From: Gammaproteobacteria bacterium
GTDB taxonomy: Bacteria; Pseudomonadota; Gammaproteobacteria; GCA-001735895
Direction of reading: 5' to 3'
Assembly (NCBI GenBank): GCA_050298595.1
Contig: JBNKUM010000068.1
Coordinates: 1 to 49,638, forward strand
Length of the DNA stretch: 49,638 nt
A model generated the notes under the pieces. It saw only the letters and a list, made by a program, of their open reading frames with translations. It was not told the origin of the DNA and ran no database searches. The position numbers were made by a program, and so were the translations under genes. Within the stretch, counting starts at the first letter, position 1. Every line of letters starts with the position of its first letter. Shown here in pieces: positions 8,324 through 18,239 of this stretch.

Positions 8324-10468
8324 CTAAAAAGAGGTACCTCTGGCCCTGAACATGAATTCGCCGCGTCGATTGATCGCCTGACCCTCCTTGCTTGCATTAT
8401 CTGCAATCGGCATTTCTTCACCCATACCCTGAACTTCGATATAGGCAGGATCTATGCCTCGTGCCACCAACAAATCTCGCATCGCCTTAGCACGTTTATG
8501 CGATAGCTTCATATTGTAAGAATTTGATCCTGTACTATCCGTATGAGCTAAAACCCGAATCTGAATTTCACCCGCAGCTTTGATTTGATTGATGATCATT
8601 TCAACCTTTTCTTTGGAGCTATCGGTCAAATCAGTACTCATATATTTAAAATTCACCAGTTGCATTTTAGTCAGATCAATTAAGGAGCTTTGTACAACCT
8701 TAATAGATACCATCGCGGTATCTACACCACCTTTGCCATCGGATACAGTGTAGGTGAAAGAGTCTATGCCTTCAAAACGCTCCTGGGGACGATAGACCAA
8801 ATTCTTTTCCTTACTAAAGGCCAGTTTCCCATTCGTTACTTTGGTAAAACCGGTGATGGTCAATTGATCTCCATTGATATCAGAATCGTTTGCGAGTAAT
8901 TGAGATTGAGAGATAATCAATACACCGTGACCATCGACTTCCAATGAGTCATTTTCAGCTATCGGCGCTACATTCACTGATAACTTCGCAAGTTCTACCT
9001 TACCATCCACTGAACAACCGTATTTGTTTACGGTTTGCTGGTTCAGGGTATTATCACAATGATCAGTTGTATCCTCTTCCTTGTCCTTATCTTCATCTTT
9101 GGGTAAAGGTAGCGCATCCTTCTCATTGGCTTTTATGCGTGCGATGGTGAAATCATTTTCACTAAGCTCTGAGTGTAAATTTAAAGCATCAAACAACCCA
9201 CCCAAGGATTCATACACTCTGTAACGAGCGGCCATTAAATCGAAATAGGCTTTGGTGTAATCATTATTCGCTGTGTTCAATTCATTTTCCGCATCCAGCA
9301 GGTCGATTAAATCTCTCTGACCAATAAAAAACTCTTCGCGATATGAGCCAACGGTTTCACTGGCTTTTAGAATATACTGCTGGAAAAAATCAAGCTGGCG
9401 CTGCAGAGATTCATCAGCTGCCCAGGCCAGGCGCAGTGTATTTATGATTTGACGACGGACACGTGCAGCAAAATCTTTCTGTGCGTAAACTGCACTGATT
9501 TTTTTATTTTGATCCGATTCATCAGCACCGCCATTGTAGAAATTATAAGTCAGATTCAACACCAGACTTACTTCAGAAGTATCGCCAGAAACACCTCCAA
9601 TATCATTTCCCCATTCAGAAGCCAGGCGTAAATCGAGATTCGGATAACGAGAACTTTTGCTGCGCTGATAATCGAACTGAGAAGCTTCAATATTACTGCT
9701 GGCTACTTTTACTGCCGGATGTCGTAACAATGCCTGATCGATTAACGTATTCAAGTCTTCACGCGGTATTTCAGGTAACGATGGTTCAACTAAATCCTGC
9801 GCCTCTACATAACGACCCAGTAACTGGTGCAATTCGGTTAACGCATCATTCAGATTATTTTGCTGCGCTATCAGGCTGGCATGCGCTCTGGCCACACGTC
9901 CTTCTGTTTGCTGTAGCTGCGAACGACGCCCCACACCTGAGCTATTACGTTCCGTGATTTGAGCCAGTATCCCTTCATGCGATGCCACATTTTCTTTAGC
10001 TAGCTGGTAGAGTTTTTTATGCTTTAACACATTCAGGTAGGCTTGAATGGTATTCAATGCAATATTGTCAGCGGTATCGTAAAGATCATATAAGGCTGCC
10101 TGCGCTCTGGACTCATTTTGCTTAATCTGGTTAGTTGACTGATACCCGTTAAACAGGTTTTGTGTCACTGATAGCTCGACACGAGAGCTGTCATAATCAA
10201 CAGCATTGCCACCGGTAGAGGGTGACTCGGTATTATACAAACCCGTTGATGCCTGCAGATCAACACTGGGGCGGTTACTACTGGAAGCAATCGACTGGTC
10301 ACTGAGTACCTGACGGTACACGTGTACTTTTTCCTTAACCAGGGGATGCGCACTAATGGCATCAGACACGATATCAGCCAGTTCGTCTGCTTGTATCGAA
10401 ACAGAAAATACTGTCACTGTAGAGAGCGTGAGCAGTCTAAATAATTTTTTAAGCCTACAGATTTTCAT
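8324..10468 (-). CDS. lapE: TolC-family T1SS outer-membrane protein (LapE/AggA-like) with C-terminal Asp/Cys loop, cadherin-like Ig domain and OmpA domain
   Basis: Signal peptide, TolC repeats (TQNLFNG, GQRDLIDLLDAENE), DEDKDKEEDTTDHCDNT..GC, LLANDSDINGD..DSFTYTVSDGKGG, HTDSTGS..YNMKLS..RA..NRR. Confidence 0.9.
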   Translation of the reverse strand: MKICRLKKLFRLLTLSTVTVFSVSIQADELADIVSDAISAHPLVKEKVHVYRQVLSDQSIASSSNRPSVDLQASTGLYNTESPSTGGNAVDYDSSRVELSVTQNLFNGYQSTNQIKQNESRAQAALYDLYDTADNIALNTIQAYLNVLKHKKLYQLAKENVASHEGILAQITERNSSGVGRRSQLQQTEGRVARAHASLIAQQNNLNDALTELHQLLGRYVEAQDLVEPSLPEIPREDLNTLIDQALLRHPAVKVASSNIEASQFDYQRSKSSRYPNLDLRLASEWGNDIGGVSGDTSEVSLVLNLTYNFYNGGADESDQNKKISAVYAQKDFAARVRRQIINTLRLAWAADESLQRQLDFFQQYILKASETVGSYREEFFIGQRDLIDLLDAENELNTANNDYTKAYFDLMAARYRVYESLGGLFDALNLHSELSENDFTIARIKANEKDALPLPKDEDKDKEEDTTDHCDNTLNQQTVNKYGCSVDGKVELAKLSVNVAPIAENDSLEVDGHGVLIISQSQLLANDSDINGDQLTITGFTKVTNGKLAFSKEKNLVYRPQERFEGIDSFTYTVSDGKGGVDTAMVSIKVVQSSLIDLTKMQLVNFKYMSTDLTDSSKEKVEMIINQIKAAGEIQIRVLAHTDSTGSNSYNMKLSHKRAKAMRDLLVARGIDPAYIEVQGMGEEMPIADNASKEGQAINRRGEFMFRARGTSF

Positions 10469-10787
10469 TGAATAGTACTTAATTTATGGAATAGAAGTAG
10501 TTGCTAATATATTAGCATAGGATAAAAATTATGAGGTCTTTTTAACAATTTCCAAAACCACACATCCTGTTTCACCATATTTTTTAATATATTTTATAAA
10601 TACTTATAATTGAAGTAACCGGATATATTACATGATTGAGCCTCTTCAGATTCATTTTTTTAGCCTGAAACAATTTTAGCTATAAAAATACTACCCTCTA
10701 GCGGAACTATAAATTTTTGTCCGTAATCAATCTGATACCTCTGATAGAATCGTAAACAGGAACGTGCAGAATACTGAGGAATACAAC
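10469..10787. promoter_or_regulatory. AT-rich divergent promoter region between the lap operon and the ABC exporter
   Basis: Non-coding, strongly AT-rich, head-to-head starts; individual elements not resolved. Confidence 0.45.
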
Positions 10788-11933
10788 ATGGCGAAATTAA
10801 AGATATTTTTCTGGCTGTTAATCCTTTTGGTAATCATCGCTTCATTCGTTTATTGGGCACAAAGAAAAAAGCTCATTGAGGTAACAATAGAAGAGGTCAC
10901 TCAGGGTGAGATTCAGCGCACTATAACCAATACCCGTGCAGGCACTCTGAATGCCTGTCGCCGTGCCCGCCTGTCACCCTCGCTAGGTGGCCAGATAGCA
11001 AACCTGCCAGTAAGCGAAGGTGAAAGGGTCACCAGTGGCCAGCTTTTATTTGAAATCTGGAACCGGGATTTACGCGCTCAACTACAACTGGCTAAATCTG
11101 AGTTACTCTCCAGCCAATCGTTACAACAACAGTCCTGTATTCAGGCAGAGCTTGCGCAACAGGAAGCTCACCGCTTATCTCAACTGCTCTCACGCGGACT
11201 AGCCTCCGATGAATCTGCTGAAAAAGCAGTCGGGCAATCACGCGCCAGTCAGGCAGCCTGTGATTCAACCACAGCCAATGTGAGCGTAAGCCGCGCACGA
11301 ATTGAAGTCGCTGAAGCGGCCCTGCAGCGAACCCAGTTACGCGCACCCTTCGATGGCATCATTGCCGAAGTGAATGGCGAGCTGGGAGAGTACGTCACAC
11401 CCTCCCCTGTCGGCATCCCTACCCCGCCAGCTATCGATATTATTGATACCAGCTGTCTGTATGTTTCTGCCCCCATCGATGAAGTGGATGCTCCAGAAAT
11501 TCGTGCAGGTATGACTGCACGGATTTCTCTGGATGCCTTCGGGAAACATTATTTTGAGGGCAAGGTTCGTCGTGTCGCTCCCTATGTTCTGGATATAGAA
11601 AAACAGGCCCGCACCGTAAATATAGAAGTTGACTTCATTACTGCGAACGACAACCGCAATATGCTACCTGGATATACTGCAGATGTTGAAATCATCATTG
11701 ATGCACATGAAAACAGTCTGCGCGTACCTAGTCAGTCATTATTAAAAGGCAAACGAGTATATCTATACGACTCTGACTTCGACACCATTAGTGAAGTAGA
11801 AGTGAAAACCGGTTTGAGTAACTGGGAGTTCACTGAGATTCTGCAGGGTCTTGAGCAGGGCCAGAAAATTGTTACCTCCATTGATAAAAAAGGCCTGGAG
11901 GAAGGCGCTCTGGTCAAAGTCGTCAGCGAATAA
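10788..11933 (+). CDS. MacA-like efflux periplasmic adaptor (MFP)
   Basis: ATG at 10788 after GAGGA; N-terminal TM; LRAPFDGII, PGYTADVEI, V.TGLSN..TEI..GL..G. Confidence 0.9.
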   Translation: MAKLKIFFWLLILLVIIASFVYWAQRKKLIEVTIEEVTQGEIQRTITNTRAGTLNACRRARLSPSLGGQIANLPVSEGERVTSGQLLFEIWNRDLRAQLQLAKSELLSSQSLQQQSCIQAELAQQEAHRLSQLLSRGLASDESAEKAVGQSRASQAACDSTTANVSVSRARIEVAEAALQRTQLRAPFDGIIAEVNGELGEYVTPSPVGIPTPPAIDIIDTSCLYVSAPIDEVDAPEIRAGMTARISLDAFGKHYFEGKVRRVAPYVLDIEKQARTVNIEVDFITANDNRNMLPGYTADVEIIIDAHENSLRVPSQSLLKGKRVYLYDSDFDTISEVEVKTGLSNWEFTEILQGLEQGQKIVTSIDKKGLEEGALVKVVSE

Positions 11934-11936
11934 AAA

Positions 11937-12617
11937 ATGATCAAACTATCCAACATTCATCGCGACTTTCAGGTAGGCGAGCAGACCGTACATGCACTGG
12001 ATGATATAAACCTGGAAATCCAGCAGGGTGAGTATGTTTCGGTAATGGGACCTTCAGGATCAGGTAAATCTACCCTGCTCAACTTAATTGGCATGCTGGA
12101 TCATGCTTCAAGCGGAGAGTATGTCCTTAACGAGATCAACATTACTGATATGAATGAACAGCAGGAAGCCCACACCAGAAACCGTTTGATCGGGTTTGTT
12201 TTTCAGTCCTTCCATTTGATCCCACGACTAACTGCGGCAGAAAATATTGAGCTGCCACTAGTCATCGCAGGCATAGAGCCCGAGATTCGAGCGCAAAGAG
12301 TAGCGCAGGCTATTAGCAGCATGAATCTGGATGATCGAAAACACCATAAACCCGATCAATTATCCGGCGGTCAGCGCCAACGTGTTGCAATTGCGCGGGC
12401 GACCGTTACTGAACCATCTGTATTACTGGCCGATGAGCCTACCGGCAACCTTGATCAGAAATCCGGTCAGGATGTGATACAGAGTCTTGAGTTACTCAAC
12501 GCCAATGGCATTACCCTGATTGTGGTCACTCATGATACACAGCTGGGGCTACGTGCCAGACGAGCACTTAGAATAGTCGATGGTCGTATCGTATCGGACC
12601 AGGATAATCCCGGCTGA
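11937..12617 (+). CDS. ABC ATP-binding protein (LolD/MacB NBD type)
   Basis: [43 protein letters not shown]. Confidence 0.95.
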   Translation: MIKLSNIHRDFQVGEQTVHALDDINLEIQQGEYVSVMGPSGSGKSTLLNLIGMLDHASSGEYVLNEINITDMNEQQEAHTRNRLIGFVFQSFHLIPRLTAAENIELPLVIAGIEPEIRAQRVAQAISSMNLDDRKHHKPDQLSGGQRQRVAIARATVTEPSVLLADEPTGNLDQKSGQDVIQSLELLNANGITLIVVTHDTQLGLRARRALRIVDGRIVSDQDNPG

Positions 12618-13831
12618 TGACTATGTTTAAACGTGATATTTTAAGCTTTGCCTGGTCATCCCTGAATGGATATCGCAGTCGTACTCTGCTGATGTTGCTG
12701 GCCATGAGCATTAGCGTAGCTTCGGTATTACTGCTAACAGCTTTGGGCGACGGCGCGCGTCGATATGTGTTACAGGAATTTATCTCTCTCGGCACTAATC
12801 TGGTGATTGTACTTCCGGGTAAGAGTGAAACCTCAGGTGCAGGCTTAAGCAGCATGATGGGGATTACACCTAGAGACCTGACCCTTTCCGATGCCAGAGC
12901 CTTAACTCGACACCCGGCAATCACGAATATTGCTCCGTTGAATATCGGATCAGTGGAAGCTTCCTGGCAAAACCGTAAGCGCCAGGTAACGCTGATGGGG
13001 TCTACCTCAGAATTGCTTGCCGTCAGACAGTGGAAAATGGGCAGCGGTGAATTTTTACCCGAAACTGAATGGGACCGGGCTGCATCGGTTTGCGTTATCG
13101 GGCGCAAGATCCGTGATGAACTATTCGGTTCTCACAATGCGCTTGGACAATGGATACGCCTGGGTGAAAATCGATACCGCGTGATCGGGGTAATGGCTTC
13201 GTCGGGCCGCTCAATAGGCGTTGATGTACAGGAAGTGGTGATCGTCCCTGTCGCTGCCGCTCAATCATTATTAAATACCGAAGGCCTGTTTCGTATCCTG
13301 ATCCAAACCAAAAATACTGAGGACATGCCAGCGGTCATCGAATTTACCGAAAAGACCATCCAGCAACGCCATCACGGCGTTAAGGATATTACGGTGATCA
13401 CTCAGGATGCGGTGATTAAGACCTTTGACAATATTCTCTCAGCACTCACCTACGCACTGGCGGCTATTGCTGCGATTAGTCTGGGTGTTGCCGGAATTCT
13501 CATCATGAATGTCATGCTGGTGGCCGTATCTCAACGAACGGCCGAAATTGGATTACTTAAGGCATTGGGCGCATCCAGGCATACCATACTGCTGTTAATC
13601 CTGAGTGAAGCATTACTTTTATCGATGCTGGGTTCACTGTTTGGATTCATCATTGGGGGTTTAGGAAGCTGGGGACTGTCTAGCGCAGTGCAAGACCTGC
13701 AGGCTTACCCTCCACTGTGGGCTTTGTTGGCTTCGCTTACAGTCGCTTTGTTAACTGGACTTCTTTTCAGCCTGATTCCTGCACGTAAGGCTGCGCGCAT
13801 GGATCCTGTAAATGCTTTGCAGGGTCATTGA
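12617..13831 (+). CDS. MacB/FtsX-type ABC permease 1
   Basis: RTLLMLL TM1, large periplasmic domain, GILIMNVMLVAVSQRTAEIGLLKALGA, PARKAARMDPV; TGATG coupling. Confidence 0.92.
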   Translation: MTMFKRDILSFAWSSLNGYRSRTLLMLLAMSISVASVLLLTALGDGARRYVLQEFISLGTNLVIVLPGKSETSGAGLSSMMGITPRDLTLSDARALTRHPAITNIAPLNIGSVEASWQNRKRQVTLMGSTSELLAVRQWKMGSGEFLPETEWDRAASVCVIGRKIRDELFGSHNALGQWIRLGENRYRVIGVMASSGRSIGVDVQEVVIVPVAAAQSLLNTEGLFRILIQTKNTEDMPAVIEFTEKTIQQRHHGVKDITVITQDAVIKTFDNILSALTYALAAIAAISLGVAGILIMNVMLVAVSQRTAEIGLLKALGASRHTILLLILSEALLLSMLGSLFGFIIGGLGSWGLSSAVQDLQAYPPLWALLASLTVALLTGLLFSLIPARKAARMDPVNALQGH

Positions 13832-13833
13832 TT

Positions 13834-15033
13834 ATGCGCATCGCTGACTTTCTTCATCTCACGCTCACGTCATTATTAACACACAAATTACGTAGCCTTT
13901 TAACCATGCTGGGGATTTCTGTCGGTATTCTAGCGGTAATAATCCTGACTTCTATCGGCGAAGGTATGCATAAATTCATACTCGCCGAATTCACTCAGTT
14001 CGGTACCACGTTGGTCGCCATCAACCCGGGAAAGACGGATACGATGGGTGTGTCGATGGGGGTATTCGGCAGCGACAGGCCCTTATCCATTGATGATGCA
14101 GAAGCCATCAAGCGACTGCCATTTGCACAAACTGTGGTTGGAATTATCCAGGGTAATGCCGAGGTCGAAGGCAATAAGCGCAACCGTCGAACTACGGTTT
14201 ATGGCAGTGGCTCCGATTTTCCACAGGCTTTCAGAATGCCGGTTTCACTGGGGGAGTTTCTTCCGCCGGATGACCCACTCGCACCGCGAGCATTTACCGT
14301 GCTAGGTAGCAAGATAAAACAGGAATTATTTGGCGATCAGAATCCTATAGGGCAACGCATACGCATAGGTGGTGATCGCTACCGGGTAATAGGTGTCATG
14401 CAATCCAAGGGACAGGTTCTGGGTTTTGATCTGGACGACACGGTGTATATCCCTTTAGCGCGCGGTCTGGAAATGTTCAATCGCGAGGGGTTGATGGAAA
14501 TCGATCTGCTATACCACCCAGCTAGTGATGAAGACAGTGTTGTGGCTGGCATAAAACGCCTGCTGCTAGCGCGTCATGGGCGTGAGGATTTCACCATTAC
14601 CAGTCAGCAGCAAATGCTTGATGTCATGGGGTCTATTCTCAACATCATTACTTTTGCGGTTGGCGCCATAGGCTCTATTTCATTACTGGTGGGTGGTATA
14701 GGGATTATCACCATCATGACGATCAGTGTCGCTGAAAGAACCTCAGAAATCGGCTTACTCAGAGCATTGGGCGCTGAACATAATCAGATTATGCTACTTT
14801 TCCTCGGCGAAGCCGTGGTACTTTCAGCTGTAGGAGGACTCGCAGGGCTACTCGGTGCAACAACCATTTTGCTATTGGTACAGTTATTTTTACCTGATCT
14901 CCCAGTGCATACACCCTGGAATTATATTTTGCTGGCAGAATCAAGCGCAGTATTTATCGGATTGCTTACTGGAGTATTACCCGCCCGTCGTGCTGCTAAA
15001 ATGGATCCAGTTGAAGCATTGCGTAATGAGTAG
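13834..15033 (+). CDS. MacB/FtsX-type ABC permease 2
   Basis: KLRSLLTMLGI, GGIGIITIMTISVAERTSEIGLLRALGA, PARRAAKMDPVEALRNE; ATG 13834 preferred over TTG 13828. Confidence 0.92.
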   Translation: MRIADFLHLTLTSLLTHKLRSLLTMLGISVGILAVIILTSIGEGMHKFILAEFTQFGTTLVAINPGKTDTMGVSMGVFGSDRPLSIDDAEAIKRLPFAQTVVGIIQGNAEVEGNKRNRRTTVYGSGSDFPQAFRMPVSLGEFLPPDDPLAPRAFTVLGSKIKQELFGDQNPIGQRIRIGGDRYRVIGVMQSKGQVLGFDLDDTVYIPLARGLEMFNREGLMEIDLLYHPASDEDSVVAGIKRLLLARHGREDFTITSQQQMLDVMGSILNIITFAVGAIGSISLLVGGIGIITIMTISVAERTSEIGLLRALGAEHNQIMLLFLGEAVVLSAVGGLAGLLGATTILLLVQLFLPDLPVHTPWNYILLAESSAVFIGLLTGVLPARRAAKMDPVEALRNE

Positions 15034-15143
15034 AGCTAAGAATCATTTTTTTATCGTAATCATCCAAATAACCCTACTGAAACATCTACATTATTAGCCT
15101 ATTTTGAGGTAGTTATTTTCTACCTTACGCCCTGCAGACCGGT

Positions 15144-15173
15144 AAAACCGGTAATTTTGCGGTTTTTTTTATT
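15144..15173 (+). terminator. Probable intrinsic terminator after the ABC exporter
   Basis: AAAACCG/CGGTTTT stem running into T8. Confidence 0.5.
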
Positions 15174-15379
15174 GGCCATTGAAAACATTGATTACTATTA
15201 TTGCTAATTTCATGGGAGAATTTTTCCACCAACAAAGATTAGTGTTTTTCGTGTTAAACGTTTAACAATCTGTTGTTTTCTTTCTGGTACTTAAGCCGCT
15301 ACAAATTCTAATAAAACATTTTTTATAGTTGAAATCTGGATTCTTAAATATATAAAAATCCTGGACTTAGTTAAAGAAA

Positions 15380-16036
15380 ATGAACAACAAATTATATAGC
15401 GGTTTTACCTTGGTAGAGATTGCTATCGTTCTGGTCATTATAGGTCTTCTGGTTGGTGCTGTAATGAAAAGTCGCGAGATGATCGTAAATGCCAAACTCA
15501 AACGCATTGAATCAGATGCCTCTGGAATTCACCTTGCTATCGCCACCTATCAAGACCGCTATAGACAATTACCCGGTGATGATTCTGAGGCACAAAGCCG
15601 TTTCGATGCCTACAGTGCGCTAGCTGAAAGCAATGTCAACGGTAATGGATCAGGGATTATTGAGGGCTTCTGGGATGAATACAATACAGATACCTTAGAT
15701 GTATCTGGTGCAGCTGAATCAGAGAAAGTTTTTGCTCATCTTAGAGCTGCAGGCCTGATACCTGGTGGCAGTAATGATACGACCAGACCAATCAATGCCA
15801 ATAGCGGCAAAATTGGTATTCAGGATGGCGCATTGAGAATTTCAGGTCATGTGACAGTATTCGGAAAGCTGGATGGATATTTTATAAAAATCATAGAATC
15901 ACGCCTGGATGATGGAGAACCTGATACTGGACGCATTCAGGCAGATACAACCGATAACCTGATGACCAGCGGTTCTCTCAGCCGGGCAACAAAATACAAC
16001 GATGCAAACCAGTACAATGTTGCATTTCGCCTATAA
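15380..16036 (+). CDS. Prepilin-type N-terminal cleavage/methylation domain protein (pilin/pseudopilin)
   Basis: G|FTLVEIAIVLVIIGLL class III signal with Glu5; YQDRYRQLPGD. Confidence 0.88.
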   Translation: MNNKLYSGFTLVEIAIVLVIIGLLVGAVMKSREMIVNAKLKRIESDASGIHLAIATYQDRYRQLPGDDSEAQSRFDAYSALAESNVNGNGSGIIEGFWDEYNTDTLDVSGAAESEKVFAHLRAAGLIPGGSNDTTRPINANSGKIGIQDGALRISGHVTVFGKLDGYFIKIIESRLDDGEPDTGRIQADTTDNLMTSGSLSRATKYNDANQYNVAFRL

Positions 16037-16365
16037 AAATCCTGCTTATATTAGCAGTTAATGTTCTTCAACTTGATCATCAATTAATTTAACCTGACAA
16101 TACATCTCCGCCGGACAGGCTTTTTTTACCACAAAAAACACCTATACTTAACACAATTGTCATAACAGTAACGAATTGAAATGCAACAATAGTAAGCGTT
16201 TTTTTATCGTGTCAAGATAAAAACAAGGGTATTTTTATTTGCTAATTTTTTCTGGGGGAATTTATGACTTGATTGCGCCAAAAAGAATCCATTGCAAGCC
16301 GAGGATTAGCTTGGTAGGCTCAGCGAAATTTTAATCTTTCCGCCACTAAAATACTTCCAGTTTAT

Positions 16366-17220
16366 ATGCAGCATATCCGCCGATTTGCGTTAGTTCTTGT
16401 TTGTATACAGCTATCAGCATGTGCGAGCATGATCAGCTCAGCCACGCAGAAGATGGCAAATAATCTATCCCAGGCCATACTCAATCAAAACGATCTGGAG
16501 ACAGTGAAAGCAGGAGCACCTGCTTATCTGATTATGATCGACAGCCTTATTCAGGGTGATCCTGAAAACACGGCTATCCTGCTGTCAGGCTCGAAGCTAT
16601 ATAGCTCTTACACCTCGGCTTTTGTTGAAGATGAAGAACGCGCCAAACGGCTGGCCCAGAAGTCGTACGACTATGCTCATAGTGCACTCTGCATGGAGCT
16701 GAAAGATTTATGTGATTCACTCGACAAAAAATCAGATGAGCTAACTCCACAATTAAAAAAAATCAATGTTAGCCAGCAACACTTTCTTTATGATTTTGCC
16801 AGCGCCTGGGCAACCTGGATTCAGGTAAATAGCGATGACTGGAATGCCATTGCTCAAATTCCAAAGTTACAGTCACTGTTTGAACGATCAATAGAATTGA
16901 ATGAAGATTACGATTTTGGCGGTGCTCACCTTTATCTGGGAGTCCTGACTTCACAGATGCCTCCCTCTCTGGGAGGAAAGCCGGAGGTTGGGCGCTTGCA
17001 TTTTGAAAAAGCCCAGGCACTGTCCAATGGTAAAAACCTGATGGTCAACGTTTTATTTGCCGAGCACTATGCGCGACTGATATTTGATCAGGAGTTGCAC
17101 GATAAATTGCTTACTGAAGTAGTCAATACTCAAACTAATGACAAAGATCTGGTGCTGATTAATACTCTGGCCCGCCAACGTGCCTTAATATTATTACAAC
17201 AATCTAACGAATATTTTTGA
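16366..17220 (+). CDS. tatT: TRAP transporter TatT component (TPAT lipoprotein)
   Basis: Lipobox LSAC, helical content, P.YLIMIDSLI..DPEN, PPSLGGKPE motif; first gene of dctPQM operon. Confidence 0.85.
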   Translation: MQHIRRFALVLVCIQLSACASMISSATQKMANNLSQAILNQNDLETVKAGAPAYLIMIDSLIQGDPENTAILLSGSKLYSSYTSAFVEDEERAKRLAQKSYDYAHSALCMELKDLCDSLDKKSDELTPQLKKINVSQQHFLYDFASAWATWIQVNSDDWNAIAQIPKLQSLFERSIELNEDYDFGGAHLYLGVLTSQMPPSLGGKPEVGRLHFEKAQALSNGKNLMVNVLFAEHYARLIFDQELHDKLLTEVVNTQTNDKDLVLINTLARQRALILLQQSNEYF

Positions 17221-17232
17221 TCTGACATTACT

Positions 17233-18225
17233 ATGAAAAAAACCTGTATTACTCTGGCCCTGCTTACCCTGAACCTGATTTTCTCGACAGGTTACGCAGC
17301 GGTTACCCTGAAGATTGCGACAATCGCTCCTGCTGGAACCAGCTGGATGAAAGAAATGAAGAAAGGCGCCGATGCCATCAAAAAGAAAACCTCAGGCAGG
17401 GTGAAATTTAAATTCTACCCCGGTGGGGTCATGGGCAATGATGCCAGCGTTCACCGTAAGATTCGCATTAACCAGCTTCAGGGTGGTGCCTTTAGTTCCA
17501 GTGGTTTAACGCATATAGATCCATCTATCCAGCTATTCAGCCTCCCCATGATATTTGACTCATTCGCAGAAGTGGATCATGTACGTAAAATCATGGATAA
17601 AAGGGTCAAACAGCATATGGCTGAAAATGGCTTTATCCTTCTCGGCATCACCGAAGGAGGATTCGGTCGTATCTTTTCTACCCAACCCGTAACGAACCTT
17701 GAACAAATTCGCGCCACCAAGGTCTGGATGCCGGAAGGAGACAACCTGATCAAGGAATCCTTTGACGCACTGGGAGTTCAGCCCATAGCATTACCCCTGG
17801 CTGATGTATTTACCGGTTTGCAAACCGGTTTGATAGAAACTATCACCGCAAGCTCCACTGGGGCGATAGCTTTTCAATGGCACAGCAAGGTCAACTATAT
17901 GATTGACACACCGGTGCTATATCTTATCGGCACACTGGCAGTCAGTAAAAAAGCCTTCAGCAAAATCAGACCAGATGACCAGAAAATAGTTATTGATGAA
18001 ATGGATCTGGTATTTGATCGCCTGGAGAAAATTAATCGCCAGGATAATATTAATGCGACTGAAGCGCTTAAAACTCAGGGAATAAAAGTAATCACTCCCA
18101 GTCCGGAAGAAGTTAAACGCTGGAAAAAGCTGTCGCAGAAATCGATTCAAAAAATCATGGATAATGATGGAATCGATAAAAATCTTGTTCAGGAGATGAA
18201 TCGTTTACTTAGTGAAATCAGATAA
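17233..18225 (+). CDS. dctP: TRAP substrate-binding protein DctP (TatP type)
   Basis: LKIATIAPAGTSW, FYPGGVMG, DVFTGLQTGLIE. Confidence 0.92.
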   Translation: MKKTCITLALLTLNLIFSTGYAAVTLKIATIAPAGTSWMKEMKKGADAIKKKTSGRVKFKFYPGGVMGNDASVHRKIRINQLQGGAFSSSGLTHIDPSIQLFSLPMIFDSFAEVDHVRKIMDKRVKQHMAENGFILLGITEGGFGRIFSTQPVTNLEQIRATKVWMPEGDNLIKESFDALGVQPIALPLADVFTGLQTGLIETITASSTGAIAFQWHSKVNYMIDTPVLYLIGTLAVSKKAFSKIRPDDQKIVIDEMDLVFDRLEKINRQDNINATEALKTQGIKVITPSPEEVKRWKKLSQKSIQKIMDNDGIDKNLVQEMNRLLSEIR

Positions 18226-18239
18226 CACTACCCCTATAC

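Noticed and set aside
15105-15180. Minus-strand CGCAAAATTACCGGT resembling part of a c-di-GMP-I riboswitch
   Set aside because: No upstream GGCAAAC/GAAA stem, and it points antisense into the permease 3' end
16074-16084. TTGATCATCAA as an FNR box
   Set aside because: Half-sites are separated by 1 nt rather than 4
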